A stretch of 64,000 nt of DNA, from NCBI GenBank assembly GCA_965215265.1, contig OZ244048.1, forward strand, positions 1,152,001 through 1,216,000. Reading direction: 5' to 3'. Below the pieces are notes generated by a model. That model saw only the letters and a program-made list of their open reading frames with translations. It was not told the origin of the DNA and did no database searches. Below are positions 20,123 to 29,683 of the stretch, piece after piece; the stretch's first letter is position 1, and the number at the start of each line of letters is the position of its first letter. Both the position numbers and the translations under genes were made by a program. Source of the DNA: Candidatus Poribacteria bacterium. GTDB taxonomy: Bacteria; Poribacteria; WGA-4E; WGA-3G.

Positions 20123-20339
20123 ACGTTACCTCTCTCATTCTTGGCACAGGATTTGTCATAAAATCCCAAATCTCTTGAGCGGTTTCAGCACCACAATTTT
20201 TAATGCCAATCAGTGCATCTACATCTTGATAGTTTGTCAATTGTGCTTCTGATATCTCTGCTTTGGCGAGCACGTAACTGGCACGTGTGCTGAGGCCTTT
20301 TTGCTTCCAAACAGCTACAGTCTGTGTTATATCATCCAT
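20100..20339 (-). CDS. Small stand-alone RNA polymerase alpha-CTD-like (helix-hairpin-helix) protein
   Basis: LSTRASYVLAKAEI...LIGIKNCGAETAQEI resembles alpha-CTD LSVRSxNCL...LLKTPNLGKKSLTEI; RBS GAAGGA. Confidence 0.65.
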   Translation of the reverse strand: MDDITQTVAVWKQKGLSTRASYVLAKAEISEAQLTNYQDVDALIGIKNCGAETAQEIWDFMTNPVPRMREVTFEELIPK

Positions 20340-20370
20340 TCCTTCAAACCCCGTTCGTTAATTGAAGTTT

Positions 20371-20400
20371 ATCATAACACTGTTTGCAAAAAATTGTCAA
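20371..20400 (-). promoter_or_regulatory. Sigma70-type promoter of the defence-like operon
   Basis: Minus strand TTGACA (20400-20395), 18-nt spacer, TG-extended TATGAT (20376-20371). Confidence 0.6.
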
Positions 20401-20701
20401 TACCGCAAAAGAGCCAAATTGATTTGTTTGATACCGGTTACCAGAGAGGCATTGTGTATGTCAATAAAACGTGTCCCTTCTATAACATTTTTCTTAGCTT
20501 CTTTAATTTTCCTACATCTATAAACAATAATTTTTTTGACATGAGCTGCGAGTGCTTCTGGGTCAAAGCAATAAAGTTTTCGGAGTCCCGGTTTCTTGTC
20601 AGTGAAAAGTTTGGAAGGATGGGAATTCATCCCCGCAAGCGGGGAGAACTTCCCATCCACCGAGGAGAGACATAACACGTAACTTCTACTCACTGTGCAT
20701 T

Positions 20702-20875
20702 TCAGTACTCTTCTACGCCTTCAAATACTAATCCACAGCTGCTACAGCGGAACCCACACTCTGGGCGTGACTCCACAAGAGGAAACAGCATGCCACAGCA
20801 GATAGGACATGGTTCGTCAATTTCCATCTCTGCTTGTTCTAATTCTCCGGCGCGGTTTTCAAATTCAACAATCAT
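20702..20875 (-). CDS. 57-aa zinc-ribbon protein (not in the ORF track)
   Basis: Manual translation MIVEFENRAGELEQAEMEIDEPCPICCGMLFPLVESRPECGFRCSSCGLVFEGVEEY*; CxxC...CxxC; starts 12 nt after the rhodanese stop. Confidence 0.7.
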   Translation of the reverse strand: MIVEFENRAGELEQAEMEIDEPCPICCGMLFPLVESRPECGFRCSSCGLVFEGVEEY

Positions 20876-20887
20876 GCTTCTGTATCC

Positions 20888-21628
20888 CTAATATCGCGGC
20901 AAATTTGAATCTACCTCAACTGCCCACTGGTCAATGCCGCCTTGTAGGTTTTTAGTACTGCCAAATCCGTTTTGGCGCAAATAGGCAGTTGCGTACTGAC
21001 TACGCATTCCATGGTGGCAATATACGACGATTTCTTGACTTGGATCCAAACTCTCCAGTTTTTGGGGTAATTCATTGAGCGGGACTAATAGTGCGCCCTC
21101 AATGTGTGCGATTTCATATTCGCTCTGTTCACGAACATCGAGCAACAGAACGGACTGCTTTGCATCAATTTTCTGCTTAAGTTCCCGTGGCGAAACTTCA
21201 TCAGGTAACTGATTTGTCTGCATGTTTTCCTCAGTTTTATTTGTCGTTTGTTGTGTGTGGGTTTGGTCTGTAGTGATCAGGGGTAGAGAGCAATCGGCAC
21301 ACGGACACATATCGCGCAGGCCATCAAAAGGATAAATACCGGAGTTGTGCCCATCGTTCCAATTGAATTGGAGGGCGTAGCGGCCAACCAGTTGGATATC
21401 AAGGGGTTGAGTCTCGGCGGACACCTCAACCAACGTCACGTCGCCATCGCCTTGTGGGGCAAAAAGAGAATGCACATCGGTGCCGCCGTGCCGAATGATG
21501 GCACACTCTGCGCAAGGGCACCGCTGCCGCAGATACGGATACGGATACCAACTGACATGTCCATCCTTCCATTCGATCTGAAAGGCATTGCTATGTTTCT
21601 TCAGAAGTTTTGGCTGTTTACTAACCAT
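20888..21628 (-). CDS. DUF971 (gamma-butyrobetaine hydroxylase N-terminal-like) domain fused to rhodanese
   Basis: WKDGH...LRQRCPCAEC...VGRYAL...WNDGHNSGIY, followed by LLDVRE...YCHHGMRS...LQGGIDQW. Confidence 0.85.
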   Translation of the reverse strand: MVSKQPKLLKKHSNAFQIEWKDGHVSWYPYPYLRQRCPCAECAIIRHGGTDVHSLFAPQGDGDVTLVEVSAETQPLDIQLVGRYALQFNWNDGHNSGIYPFDGLRDMCPCADCSLPLITTDQTHTQQTTNKTEENMQTNQLPDEVSPRELKQKIDAKQSVLLLDVREQSEYEIAHIEGALLVPLNELPQKLESLDPSQEIVVYCHHGMRSQYATAYLRQNGFGSTKNLQGGIDQWAVEVDSNLPRY

Positions 21629-21687
21629 ATTATTTTTTAGGGCTGGTGCCGTGGTACATTTAGAAATAAAAAAAACGAATTGGGTAA

Positions 21688-21987
21688 TTAGAAAATCCCC
21701 AATTCGTCTTTTGCGTCTTCACTCATCATTTCAGGATTCCAGCGCGGTGTCCACACAACGTTCACATTCACCTCGTTGACACCGTCCATCTGTTGTGTGA
21801 CGTGCTGTGTTCCATTTACAAGCTGACCTCCAGCAGGACAGCCTGGGCTCGTTAAAGTCATGGTAATATCAACAGTGGTGTCGTTGACATCAACGCCATA
21901 AATAAGTCCCATGTCCACGATGTTAATCCCAACTTCCGGGTCAATAATCTGTTTAATCGATTCCAAGACGGATTCTTCTGTTACCAT
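21688..21987 (-). CDS. DUF59/SufT-like Fe-S cluster assembly protein
   Basis: DPEVGINIVDMGLIY, TLTSPGCP; ATG 21987 with RBS GGAGG. Confidence 0.9.
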   Translation of the reverse strand: MVTEESVLESIKQIIDPEVGINIVDMGLIYGVDVNDTTVDITMTLTSPGCPAGGQLVNGTQHVTQQMDGVNEVNVNVVWTPRWNPEMMSEDAKDELGIF

Positions 21988-22031
21988 TTCTATTTCCTCC
22001 GGTTTTATTGCGTAGGTTCTGCTCACTGACT

Positions 22032-22343
22032 TTAATCAACACTAACTAGGATATCATCACCCTCAACTTTAACGCTATAACATTCGACGGGTTCAACGGC
22101 CGGCATACAGAGCGGTTCCCCAGTTTTTACACAAAAGCGGGCACCGTGCCGTGGGCATTCTATTTCCTCACCACTGAACCAGCCCTCACCAAGCGGTCCC
22201 CCATCATGTGTGCAAACGTCTTCGATTGCATAGAATTCACCGGAAACGTTGAAAAGCAGCACCGGCACTAAATCTACCTCGACTAATTTTTTCGTGCTAG
22301 GCGGCATCTCACTCACCTTAGCAACCTTGTAAAATGAATTCAT
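22032..22343 (-). CDS. Rieske-type ferredoxin
   Basis: CTH...CPRH motifs. Confidence 0.9.
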   Translation of the reverse strand: MNSFYKVAKVSEMPPSTKKLVEVDLVPVLLFNVSGEFYAIEDVCTHDGGPLGEGWFSGEEIECPRHGARFCVKTGEPLCMPAVEPVECYSVKVEGDDILVSVD

Positions 22344-22354
22344 AATTCCCTTTC

Positions 22355-22741
22355 TCATTCTTCCTCGCCCGGCCAGCCTTTAATGCCGTATGCTCCTGCT
22401 TTTAGTACTTTTAGGGCTAACAAGGCGCATTTGACACGAACGGGTCCTAACGGAATACCAACCATATCTAAAATATCGTCTCGCGTCAGTTTCTTTACCT
22501 CAGCAAGTGTTTTTCCGGCTATCCTTTCAGTTAACATGGAAGCTGCTGCTTGGCTAATAGTGCAGCCATGACCGGAGAAACGGACTTGCTTGATAATGTC
22601 ATCTTCAACGTTCAGATCAATCCGGATCCGGTCGCCGCAGAGTGGGTTGTCCTCTTCGTGTGAAATAGTAGGTTTCGGAAGAGTGCCATAATTACTCGGA
22701 TTTTCATAATGATCCAGCAATTCTTCCTGATATATGTTCAT
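22355..22741 (-). CDS. sufU: SUF system NifU-family sulfur-transfer protein
   Basis: NPLCGD, GCTISQA, RVKCA. Confidence 0.9.
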   Translation of the reverse strand: MNIYQEELLDHYENPSNYGTLPKPTISHEEDNPLCGDRIRIDLNVEDDIIKQVRFSGHGCTISQAAASMLTERIAGKTLAEVKKLTRDDILDMVGIPLGPVRVKCALLALKVLKAGAYGIKGWPGEEE

Positions 22742-23982
22742 TGCATTCTCCGCTTTAATAGCGCTTTTGCTTTAAAAAGCCCGTCACAGAGGCGTTCTAC
22801 GTCTTCTGCGGTATTGTAAAGGTAAAAGCTCGCCCGTGCGGTGGCGATAACCCCTAATCGCTGCATTAAGGGCTGTGCGCAATGATGTCCGGCGCGAACT
22901 GCAACACCGTGCATATCCAGAATCCCCGCGATATCATGCGGATGGATGCCGGCTACGTTAAATGAGATAACCCCTGCGTTCTGATGGGGTGCTGGCCCGT
23001 ACAGTGTGATACCCTCAATCTCTTGTAAGCGTTCATGCGCGTACCTCAGCAGTTCCTGTGTGTGAACGTGGATGGATTCTAATCCGTGTTGTGTGAGATA
23101 ATCGGCTGCATGCCCGAGCCCAATTGCTTCAGCAATGCTCGGCGTACCCGCCTCAAATTTAGCTGGTACCTCTGCGTAGGTTGAAACATCCCGTTCCACT
23201 GTCCGAATCATTGAACCGCCGCCGAGGAAGGGCGGCATCTCTTCCAACAGTTCCAATTTCCCGTAGAGAACACCGATGCCGGTGGGACCGCACATTTTAT
23301 GACCGGAAAACGCCAAAAAATCGCAGTCTAACTGCTGAACGTCAACTCGAAAATGGGGAACTGACTGTGCCGCGTCCACCACGACCTTCGCCCCAACAGC
23401 GTGCGCTGCATCAATAACGGATTCAAGGGGATTGACGGTACCCAGAACGTTTGAGACATGCGTCAACGCCACCAGTTTCGTTTTTTCGGTGAGAAGGTCG
23501 AAGAGTTGCGCAAAGTCAAGCAACCCCTCATCTGTTACCTGAATAAAACGGAGCACGGCCCCGGTCCGTTGCGCTAACATCTGCCACGGTACGAGATTGC
23601 TATGGTGCTCCATCACGCTCAAGACAATCTCATCGCCGGCCTGTACGTTCTGGCCTCCCCAACTGTAGGCCACGAGGTTAATCGCCTCGGTTGTATTCCG
23701 GGTAAAGAGAATTTGGCGGGCACGTTTTGCATGAATCAATTTCGCAATTTTTTCACGGGCATTTTCATATTGTGCCGTTGCCTCCTCCGAAATTTTGTAG
23801 ATGCCGCGGTGGATATTGGAACGATACGTGTCATAATACGCATCCATTGCTGAAACCACAGGTGTCGGTGTTTGTGCAGATGCAGCACTATCGAGAAAAG
23901 CCAAGGGCGGGTCGCCTGCAAAGATTGGAAAATCCTTACGCACCGCTGCTACATCAAGAGGCCGAAAATTGGCAGTTTGCAT
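22738..23982 (-). CDS. sufS: Cysteine desulfurase
   Basis: LDSAASAQ, FSGHKM, EAGTP, RAGHHCA. Confidence 0.95.
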   Translation of the reverse strand: MQTANFRPLDVAAVRKDFPIFAGDPPLAFLDSAASAQTPTPVVSAMDAYYDTYRSNIHRGIYKISEEATAQYENAREKIAKLIHAKRARQILFTRNTTEAINLVAYSWGGQNVQAGDEIVLSVMEHHSNLVPWQMLAQRTGAVLRFIQVTDEGLLDFAQLFDLLTEKTKLVALTHVSNVLGTVNPLESVIDAAHAVGAKVVVDAAQSVPHFRVDVQQLDCDFLAFSGHKMCGPTGIGVLYGKLELLEEMPPFLGGGSMIRTVERDVSTYAEVPAKFEAGTPSIAEAIGLGHAADYLTQHGLESIHVHTQELLRYAHERLQEIEGITLYGPAPHQNAGVISFNVAGIHPHDIAGILDMHGVAVRAGHHCAQPLMQRLGVIATARASFYLYNTAEDVERLCDGLFKAKALLKRRMQ

Positions 23983-24022
23983 TTTTCCTCCTCAAGGTTC
24001 TGCCCGTCCAGTGTATAATAAC

Positions 24023-24063
24023 TGTACTGTATGGCGAGGCACAAAACCTCGTCATACAGTACA
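24023..24063. repeat. Long intergenic hairpin inside the suf operon
   Basis: TGTACTGTATGGCGAGG-CACAAAA-CCTCGTCATACAGTACA; 17-bp stem with one G-T pair. Confidence 0.55.
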
Positions 24064-24070
24064 AAAAGTC

Positions 24071-24412
24071 CTATCTACCTGGGAAGCCGATGCTAACCGA
24101 GGCGGGGCCATGGTCTTCGCACGCCTGATCTGTTGGGACATCTGTTTCAGCATCATTTGATTTAACAATCCCTGCTTCAACGAGATATGTCTCAACCTCA
24201 TCGCCGCTCACATCAGCAAGCATCACATCGGCAATCTGAACACACGGCTGATACGGCTGCCGTGTTTTCTGTACCATTTCTCGGTAATTTTCTTCGTTGT
24301 TAATGATGTCCCGATCTTCGTACTCTAAACCGTACTTCGCGAAGATTGCCCGGACACCATTACTCCAACCGCAGACTGGTTTCATATAAGCGATAATTTT
24401 AGGTTGACTCAT
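24071..24412 (-). CDS. Glutaredoxin-like protein
   Basis: CGWS active site, QPYQPCV, located in the suf cluster. Confidence 0.8.
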   Translation of the reverse strand: MSQPKIIAYMKPVCGWSNGVRAIFAKYGLEYEDRDIINNEENYREMVQKTRQPYQPCVQIADVMLADVSGDEVETYLVEAGIVKSNDAETDVPTDQACEDHGPASVSIGFPGR

Positions 24413-24451
24413 TGTGAGTTCCTCCTTAAAGTAAAGTTAGTTGACAATTTA

Positions 24452-25831
24452 TTAATTTTGTAGTTTCTGCGTAATAGACTCACTTAACTCATTCCTCACA
24501 GATTCCAAGGGAATCCGTTCTAAGACAGGTTCAAAGAATCCGTCAACAATAAGTTTCTCGGCTTGGGCATAAGAGAGCCCTCGGCTCATGAGGTAGAAAA
24601 CCTGGTCCTGATCGATTTTCCCTGCAGTTGCGCCATGCGTACACCGCACCTCATGTGCTTGAATTTCTAATCCGGGTAAAGTATCCGCGTGTGCTCGCTC
24701 ACTTAGTACCAGATTGTCGTTCTTCTGATATGCGTCGGTATAATTCGCCTGAGGGTAAACGTAAATGTTTCCGCCCCACGCCGTTTGCGCCCGGTCTTTC
24801 AGGACAGTTCGGTAGAGCAAGTCACTAGAGGTATGCGGAGAAACGTGCTCTTGGGCGGTACTCACATCTAGATGCTGCCGCCCATCCGTAAAAGAGAGCC
24901 CCAGCATGTTAACGTTACTGCCCACCCCTTCAAGGACCGCGACCTGATTTAACTTGTTTAAACGGCCTCCGAACGTCGCCGTAATCCAGTTGAGCTGCGC
25001 ATCACGTTCGACTATAGCCCGGTGCGATGCGAAATTCCAAACCCGTGTATTCCACTGCTGCACCTGAACGTAGGTTACAGAAGCATTGGGGCCTGCGAAA
25101 ATTTCCACAGCCCCGCTGTGCATGCCGTCCGCAGAAGCATCCAGCGAGACGTTTTCCTCTGATATCACAACCTCACTGCCGGCCTCGGCGATGATCAGCA
25201 CATGCGAAAAGTCTGCGTGTCCCGCTTCAGACAAAGCAATGCTCACACGTAACGGCATTTCAACGCGCACGTTTCTCGGGACATACAATACGTAACCGCC
25301 GTGCCAGAGTGCACCGTGCAACGCGTCAAATTTGTTATGAAGTGCTATATTTCCACTCTTTAATTCTGTTTCAAGTGTAACCGCTCTGTTCATGAAGTAG
25401 GTGTGAAGAAGCTCCTCTCGTTCTCTTAAAGCCGTCCTGATATCTGAGAAGTAAACGCCTTGCTCTGCTAGTTCTACCGAGAGAAGAGCTTTGTGTGTCT
25501 GCCCATCTATCTGCTCTAACACTCCAGTCTCATCTGGCTTACCGTTGTCCGCATAAACTCTAGAAGATATAGGGGGCGAGTCTCCACTATCTGCCAGGGT
25601 AGGACGATAGTTCTCAACAGCAAAGCCACGCAGATACCGTCGCGTCCGCCGCCAATAATCTTGTGTGCGCATGTCTACGGTGCGCCGCCAAACATCATCA
25701 TCTGCGGTATGTGGCATCAGCAATGATTCATACAGTGCGTAAGCCTCTAACCTTTTTTCACGCATCCACTGCGGCTCATTCCTAGTGATTTTCTCAATAA
25801 ATGTTTTTGAAAATTTTGTATCGTTTAGCAT
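24452..25831 (-). CDS. sufD: Fe-S cluster assembly protein SufD
   Basis: PGLEIQAHEVRCTHGAT, FYLMSRG; beta-helix region similar to SufB. Confidence 0.9.
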   Translation of the reverse strand: MLNDTKFSKTFIEKITRNEPQWMREKRLEAYALYESLLMPHTADDDVWRRTVDMRTQDYWRRTRRYLRGFAVENYRPTLADSGDSPPISSRVYADNGKPDETGVLEQIDGQTHKALLSVELAEQGVYFSDIRTALREREELLHTYFMNRAVTLETELKSGNIALHNKFDALHGALWHGGYVLYVPRNVRVEMPLRVSIALSEAGHADFSHVLIIAEAGSEVVISEENVSLDASADGMHSGAVEIFAGPNASVTYVQVQQWNTRVWNFASHRAIVERDAQLNWITATFGGRLNKLNQVAVLEGVGSNVNMLGLSFTDGRQHLDVSTAQEHVSPHTSSDLLYRTVLKDRAQTAWGGNIYVYPQANYTDAYQKNDNLVLSERAHADTLPGLEIQAHEVRCTHGATAGKIDQDQVFYLMSRGLSYAQAEKLIVDGFFEPVLERIPLESVRNELSESITQKLQN

Positions 25832-25864
25832 TATCAGTTTTTTGACCTAGTCAAATTGGGTGTA

Positions 25865-25980
25865 GAATCTCGTCAGTGGCAAGTTCGGTATTCTTGTCTC
25901 TCCTTGTAGGAGAGACAAAGAAAACCTTTTCCTGCCACCCACTGGGAGAAGCATGAGATGAGTTGCCTCAAACGAGATTC
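25865..25980. repeat. Palindromic intergenic element (copy of the dispersed family)
   Basis: The reverse complement reads CCCAGTGGGTGGCAGGAAAAGGT...ACCGAACTTGCCACTG and is flanked by GAATCTCGT/ACGAGATTC inverted ends. It matches the elements at 54801, 62620 and 63523. Confidence 0.7.
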
Positions 25981-26042
25981 GGAGCGATATTCTATCAATG
26001 GAAAAGAGTTGATAGGCATCAAGCTTGCTGAATACGCAAGCC

Positions 26043-27461
26043 TTAGCCGACAGACCCTTCCATCTGAAGTTGAATGAGCCGGTTCATTTCAATTGCGTAT
26101 TCCATTGGCAATTCCTTTACAAGAGGTTCAATGAAACCGTTCACAATCATTGTAGAGGCTTCCTCTTCGGACAGTCCACGGCTCATCAGGTAGAAGAGCT
26201 GCTCCTCACCGATTTTGCTAACGCGTGCCTCGTGCTCAATGGTTGTATCGTTCTCACTGATTTCGATCACCGGGTAGGTATCGGAACGCGACTCCTTGTC
26301 CAGAATGAGGGCATCGCATACAACATGGGATTTGCAGCCCTTCGCGCCTTTCGCAACGTCAACCCAACCGCGGTAACTTGAACGTCCGCCATCTTTGCTG
26401 ATAGATTTTGAAGTAATCTGTGATGTCGTTTGCGGGGCACAATGGTAAACCTTGGCACCGGCATCTTGATGCTGCCCTTTGCTCGCAAACGCAATTGACA
26501 GAATCTCGCCGCGTGCCCCCGGCTCCATCATATATACACTGGGGTATTTCATGGTCAGCTTACTGCCGAGGTTGCCATCAACCCATTCCATCTGTGCGTC
26601 TTCATAAGCCATCGCACGCTTCGTAACGAGATTATAGACGTTGCCCGCCCAATTCTGGATAGTGGTATACCGGACACGCGAACCCTTCATGCAGACAATT
26701 TCAACAACCGCACTGTGCAGTGATTCACTGCTGTATGTCGGTGCTGTGCAACCTTCAACGTAGTGAACTTGTGAGCCTTCGTCAGCGATAATGAGCGTTC
26801 GTTCAAACTGCCCCATGTTCTCGCTGTTAATACGGAAGTATGCCTGAAGCGGGTACTCCACTTTAACGCCCGGTGGGACGTAGACGAAGCTTCCACCGCT
26901 CCACACTGCACTGTTCAGTGCCGCGAATTGGTTATCTGCCGAAGGGATAATCGTCCCGAAGTACTTTTTCACCAAATCCGGATACTCTTTGACTGCAGTA
27001 TCTGTATCGAGGAAAACCACCCCGATTTTGTCCAATTCCTCAACGATGTTATGGTAGACCACCTCGGAGTCGTACTGCGCCCCAACACCGGCGAGGAACT
27101 TCCGTTCGGCTTCTGGAATGCCTAGGCGGTCAAAAGTCTTCTTGATATCTTCAGGGACATCTTCCCAACTTCTTTCACTCCGGTCGGATGCTTTAACGTA
27201 GTAGTAGATATCGTCAAAGTCGAGCTGCGACAAGTCACCGCCCCATTTCGTCATCGGTTTCTGCTTGAAAATCTGGTATGCTTTCAGTCGATACTCGCGC
27301 ATCCAATCTGGTTCACCTTTGATGTCGCACATCTGGTTGATGACTTCCTCGTCTAACCCTTTGCGTGATTTAAAGGTGGGCTTTACATTGTCATGGAAAC
27401 CGTATTTATACTCTTTACTCAGTCCAAGTTCGTCAACTGGGTTCGTTTCATGAGTTGCCAT
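26043..27461 (-). CDS. sufB: Fe-S cluster assembly protein SufB
   Basis: [30 protein letters not shown]. Confidence 0.95.
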   Translation of the reverse strand: MATHETNPVDELGLSKEYKYGFHDNVKPTFKSRKGLDEEVINQMCDIKGEPDWMREYRLKAYQIFKQKPMTKWGGDLSQLDFDDIYYYVKASDRSERSWEDVPEDIKKTFDRLGIPEAERKFLAGVGAQYDSEVVYHNIVEELDKIGVVFLDTDTAVKEYPDLVKKYFGTIIPSADNQFAALNSAVWSGGSFVYVPPGVKVEYPLQAYFRINSENMGQFERTLIIADEGSQVHYVEGCTAPTYSSESLHSAVVEIVCMKGSRVRYTTIQNWAGNVYNLVTKRAMAYEDAQMEWVDGNLGSKLTMKYPSVYMMEPGARGEILSIAFASKGQHQDAGAKVYHCAPQTTSQITSKSISKDGGRSSYRGWVDVAKGAKGCKSHVVCDALILDKESRSDTYPVIEISENDTTIEHEARVSKIGEEQLFYLMSRGLSEEEASTMIVNGFIEPLVKELPMEYAIEMNRLIQLQMEGSVG

Positions 27462-27485
27462 TTTCAATTTTCCTCCTTTGCGATT

Positions 27486-28268
27486 TTATTCTTCAGCAAT
27501 GCCATGCTTTTCCCGAATCGGATCATATCCTTCTGCTTCTAGTAACTGGGTCAGTTCCCAGCCGCCCGATTCAACAATTCTGCCGTCAAGCAAAATATGC
27601 ACAAACTGCGGACGGATGTAATCTAGCAGCCGCGGATAGTGTGTAATAATTAGAACGCCTAACTCAGGTCCGATGAGCTGGTTCACGCTCTCTCCAACGA
27701 TTCGAACAGCGTCGATATCCAAGCCGGAGTCTGTCTCATCAAGGATAGCAATCTTCGGTTCCAGCATTGCGAGTTGAAGAATCTCTGCCCGCTTTTTCTC
27801 ACCCCCGGAGAACCCGTCATTGAGGTAACGCCGTGCAAACGATTCATCAACACCGAGTTGTTTCATTTTTCCCCGAAGTTCATTCCGAAATTCCCGCATC
27901 GGAATTAATTCGTTTTTCTGCGTACCATTCCCCTTCGCACGAACTGTACTCACCGCCAGACGCAAGAAATTAGCGAGTGTCACACCCGGAATCGCCGTTG
28001 GGTACTGGAATGCTAAGAATAGACCTAGTTTCGCACGTTCATTCGCATCTAAGTCTAAAATGTTGACACCTTCAAAAATCACTTCACCCGCATCAACATT
28101 GTAGAGCGGATGCCCCATTAACCCATTCGCAAGAGTACTTTTACCGGAACCGTTCGGTCCCATCAAAGCGTGAATCTCACCTGGTTTCACAGTCAGATTC
28201 AGGCCTTTGATAATCGGTTTATCTTGAACACTGATGCGTAAATCTTTAATTACTAACGCATTGCTCAT
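27486..28268 (-). CDS. sufC: Fe-S cluster assembly ATPase SufC
   Basis: GPNGSGKST, FSGGEKKR, LDETDSGLD; start ATG 28268. Confidence 0.95.
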   Translation of the reverse strand: MSNALVIKDLRISVQDKPIIKGLNLTVKPGEIHALMGPNGSGKSTLANGLMGHPLYNVDAGEVIFEGVNILDLDANERAKLGLFLAFQYPTAIPGVTLANFLRLAVSTVRAKGNGTQKNELIPMREFRNELRGKMKQLGVDESFARRYLNDGFSGGEKKRAEILQLAMLEPKIAILDETDSGLDIDAVRIVGESVNQLIGPELGVLIITHYPRLLDYIRPQFVHILLDGRIVESGGWELTQLLEAEGYDPIREKHGIAEE

Positions 28269-28367
28269 TTTTTTATTTTTCTGCTCCTTATTTGTTTCTG
28301 TTTTTAATGACGGCTCGCAAAGCATGCCGTCTGGCAAGCCGATCCAGCCGTAGTTTCACCTGTCCCT

Positions 28368-29363
28368 TTATCCACCGATCCGTGACATATTCCGTTCCGG
28401 TTTTATAAAATCGGCAGCGTTAATTTTATGCCCGGCTTCTTTCTGTGAGACTGCGTCACTGATCAACTCTGCAATCGTGGAATCTGATGCACCTTCCCGT
28501 AGCGGTGTAAGTAGATCTGTCTCGGTCAGCGAAAACAGACACGTCCGGAACTTCCCATCGGCTGTTAAACGGACCCGGTTACAGTTTTGACAAAACGGTT
28601 CACTCACCGATGGGATGATGCCTATCTCAGTGCTGTTATCCACAAACCGGTAACGTTTCGCCGTATCGCTTTTTGAATCCCCGTTGAGTGCAACCGGCTC
28701 TAACGGGTAGATGGCATTAATTTTTCCGATAATCTCTTTCCCCGGAATAAACATATTCCGTCCCCAAATATCGTCTGCGTCAAGTGGCATGAATTCTATG
28801 AAACGCATTTGATACGCGTTGTCACGTGCAAAGGTTGCTAAATCAACAATTTCATCGTCTGTGAAGCCGCGCATTGCTACAGCGTTCACCTTAATCGGGT
28901 TAAAACCGCACTGCTGTGCCGCTTTTAAGCCCGCTATAACACGCGACAGAACCTTCCGACGCGTCATCTGCTCAAACTTCTCCTCGTTCAGTGTATCTAA
29001 ACTGACATTAATCCGTCGGAGCCCCGCATCGTAAAGTGCCGATGCCTGCGTAATCAAGCCGATTCCGTTCGTTGTCAAGCTAATCTCCCGTAACCCATCG
29101 ATTTTTACTAACTCTTTGATTAGTTCCGGCACACCGGGTCGGACCAAAGGTTCACCGCCGGTGATACGAATTTTATTTATCCCCAATCCAGCGAAAATTC
29201 GAGTTAGATGATGAATCTCGTCAAACGTCATCAAGGCAGTGTCAGGCATGAACACCATATCTTCAGGCATACAGTAGATGCACCGAAAATTGCAAACATC
29301 AGTGACGGAGATTCTGAGGTTCGTATGGATACGTCCAAAACGGTCTAGCAGCTGCTTTTTCAT
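28368..29363 (-). CDS. moaA: GTP 3',8-cyclase (radical SAM)
   Basis: LRISVTDVCNFRCIYCM, FCQNCNRVRLTADG, C-terminal IGG. Confidence 0.95.
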   Translation of the reverse strand: MKKQLLDRFGRIHTNLRISVTDVCNFRCIYCMPEDMVFMPDTALMTFDEIHHLTRIFAGLGINKIRITGGEPLVRPGVPELIKELVKIDGLREISLTTNGIGLITQASALYDAGLRRINVSLDTLNEEKFEQMTRRKVLSRVIAGLKAAQQCGFNPIKVNAVAMRGFTDDEIVDLATFARDNAYQMRFIEFMPLDADDIWGRNMFIPGKEIIGKINAIYPLEPVALNGDSKSDTAKRYRFVDNSTEIGIIPSVSEPFCQNCNRVRLTADGKFRTCLFSLTETDLLTPLREGASDSTIAELISDAVSQKEAGHKINAADFIKPERNMSRIGG

Positions 29364-29476
29364 CTTTTACTTCAGAAAATGTCAGAGCGGAACACCATAA
29401 CCGCGCTATTCTACACGAATAGATCCGGCAAAACCGTAAAAACATAAAAAATAGATAGACTTAATTCTACTTATAT

Positions 29477-29505
29477 AGTATACCACATCTTTATCTTTTT
29501 TGCAA
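29477..29505 (-). promoter_or_regulatory. Probable promoter of the moaA-suf operon
   Basis: Minus strand TTGCAA, 17-nt spacer, TATACT. Confidence 0.5.
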
Positions 29506-29615
29506 GTTTTCTATAGTAAAAACTTTAAAAAAGATTTTTTCTATTTTTAAACGGATAAGGTTATTTCGGAATATTTGCTAAAGACTAAATTACCCGCGGG
29601 CTCAGAAATTTTCTG

Positions 29616-29644
29616 TTGACATAGTTTAAGTTTTTAGGTATAAT
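29616..29644 (+). promoter_or_regulatory. Consensus sigma70 promoter
   Basis: TTGACA, 17-nt spacer, TATAAT. Confidence 0.75.
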
Positions 29645-29683
29645 GGTTATACATATCCTAAAAATAAATACGGAGACAAAACG

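Noticed and set aside
20397-20693. 98-aa and 124-aa ORFs in the AT-rich gap upstream of the operon
   Set aside because: They have no motifs or convincing RBS and overlap the promoter region, so they are likely spurious.
10700-20700. Integrase or att sites bounding the defence island
   Set aside because: No integrase, tRNA or flanking direct repeat was recognised by eye, so the island boundaries remain inferred.
29450-29480. Rrf2/IscR-type operator near the moaA-suf promoter
   Set aside because: Only weak dyad symmetry in AT-rich DNA; not supportable.
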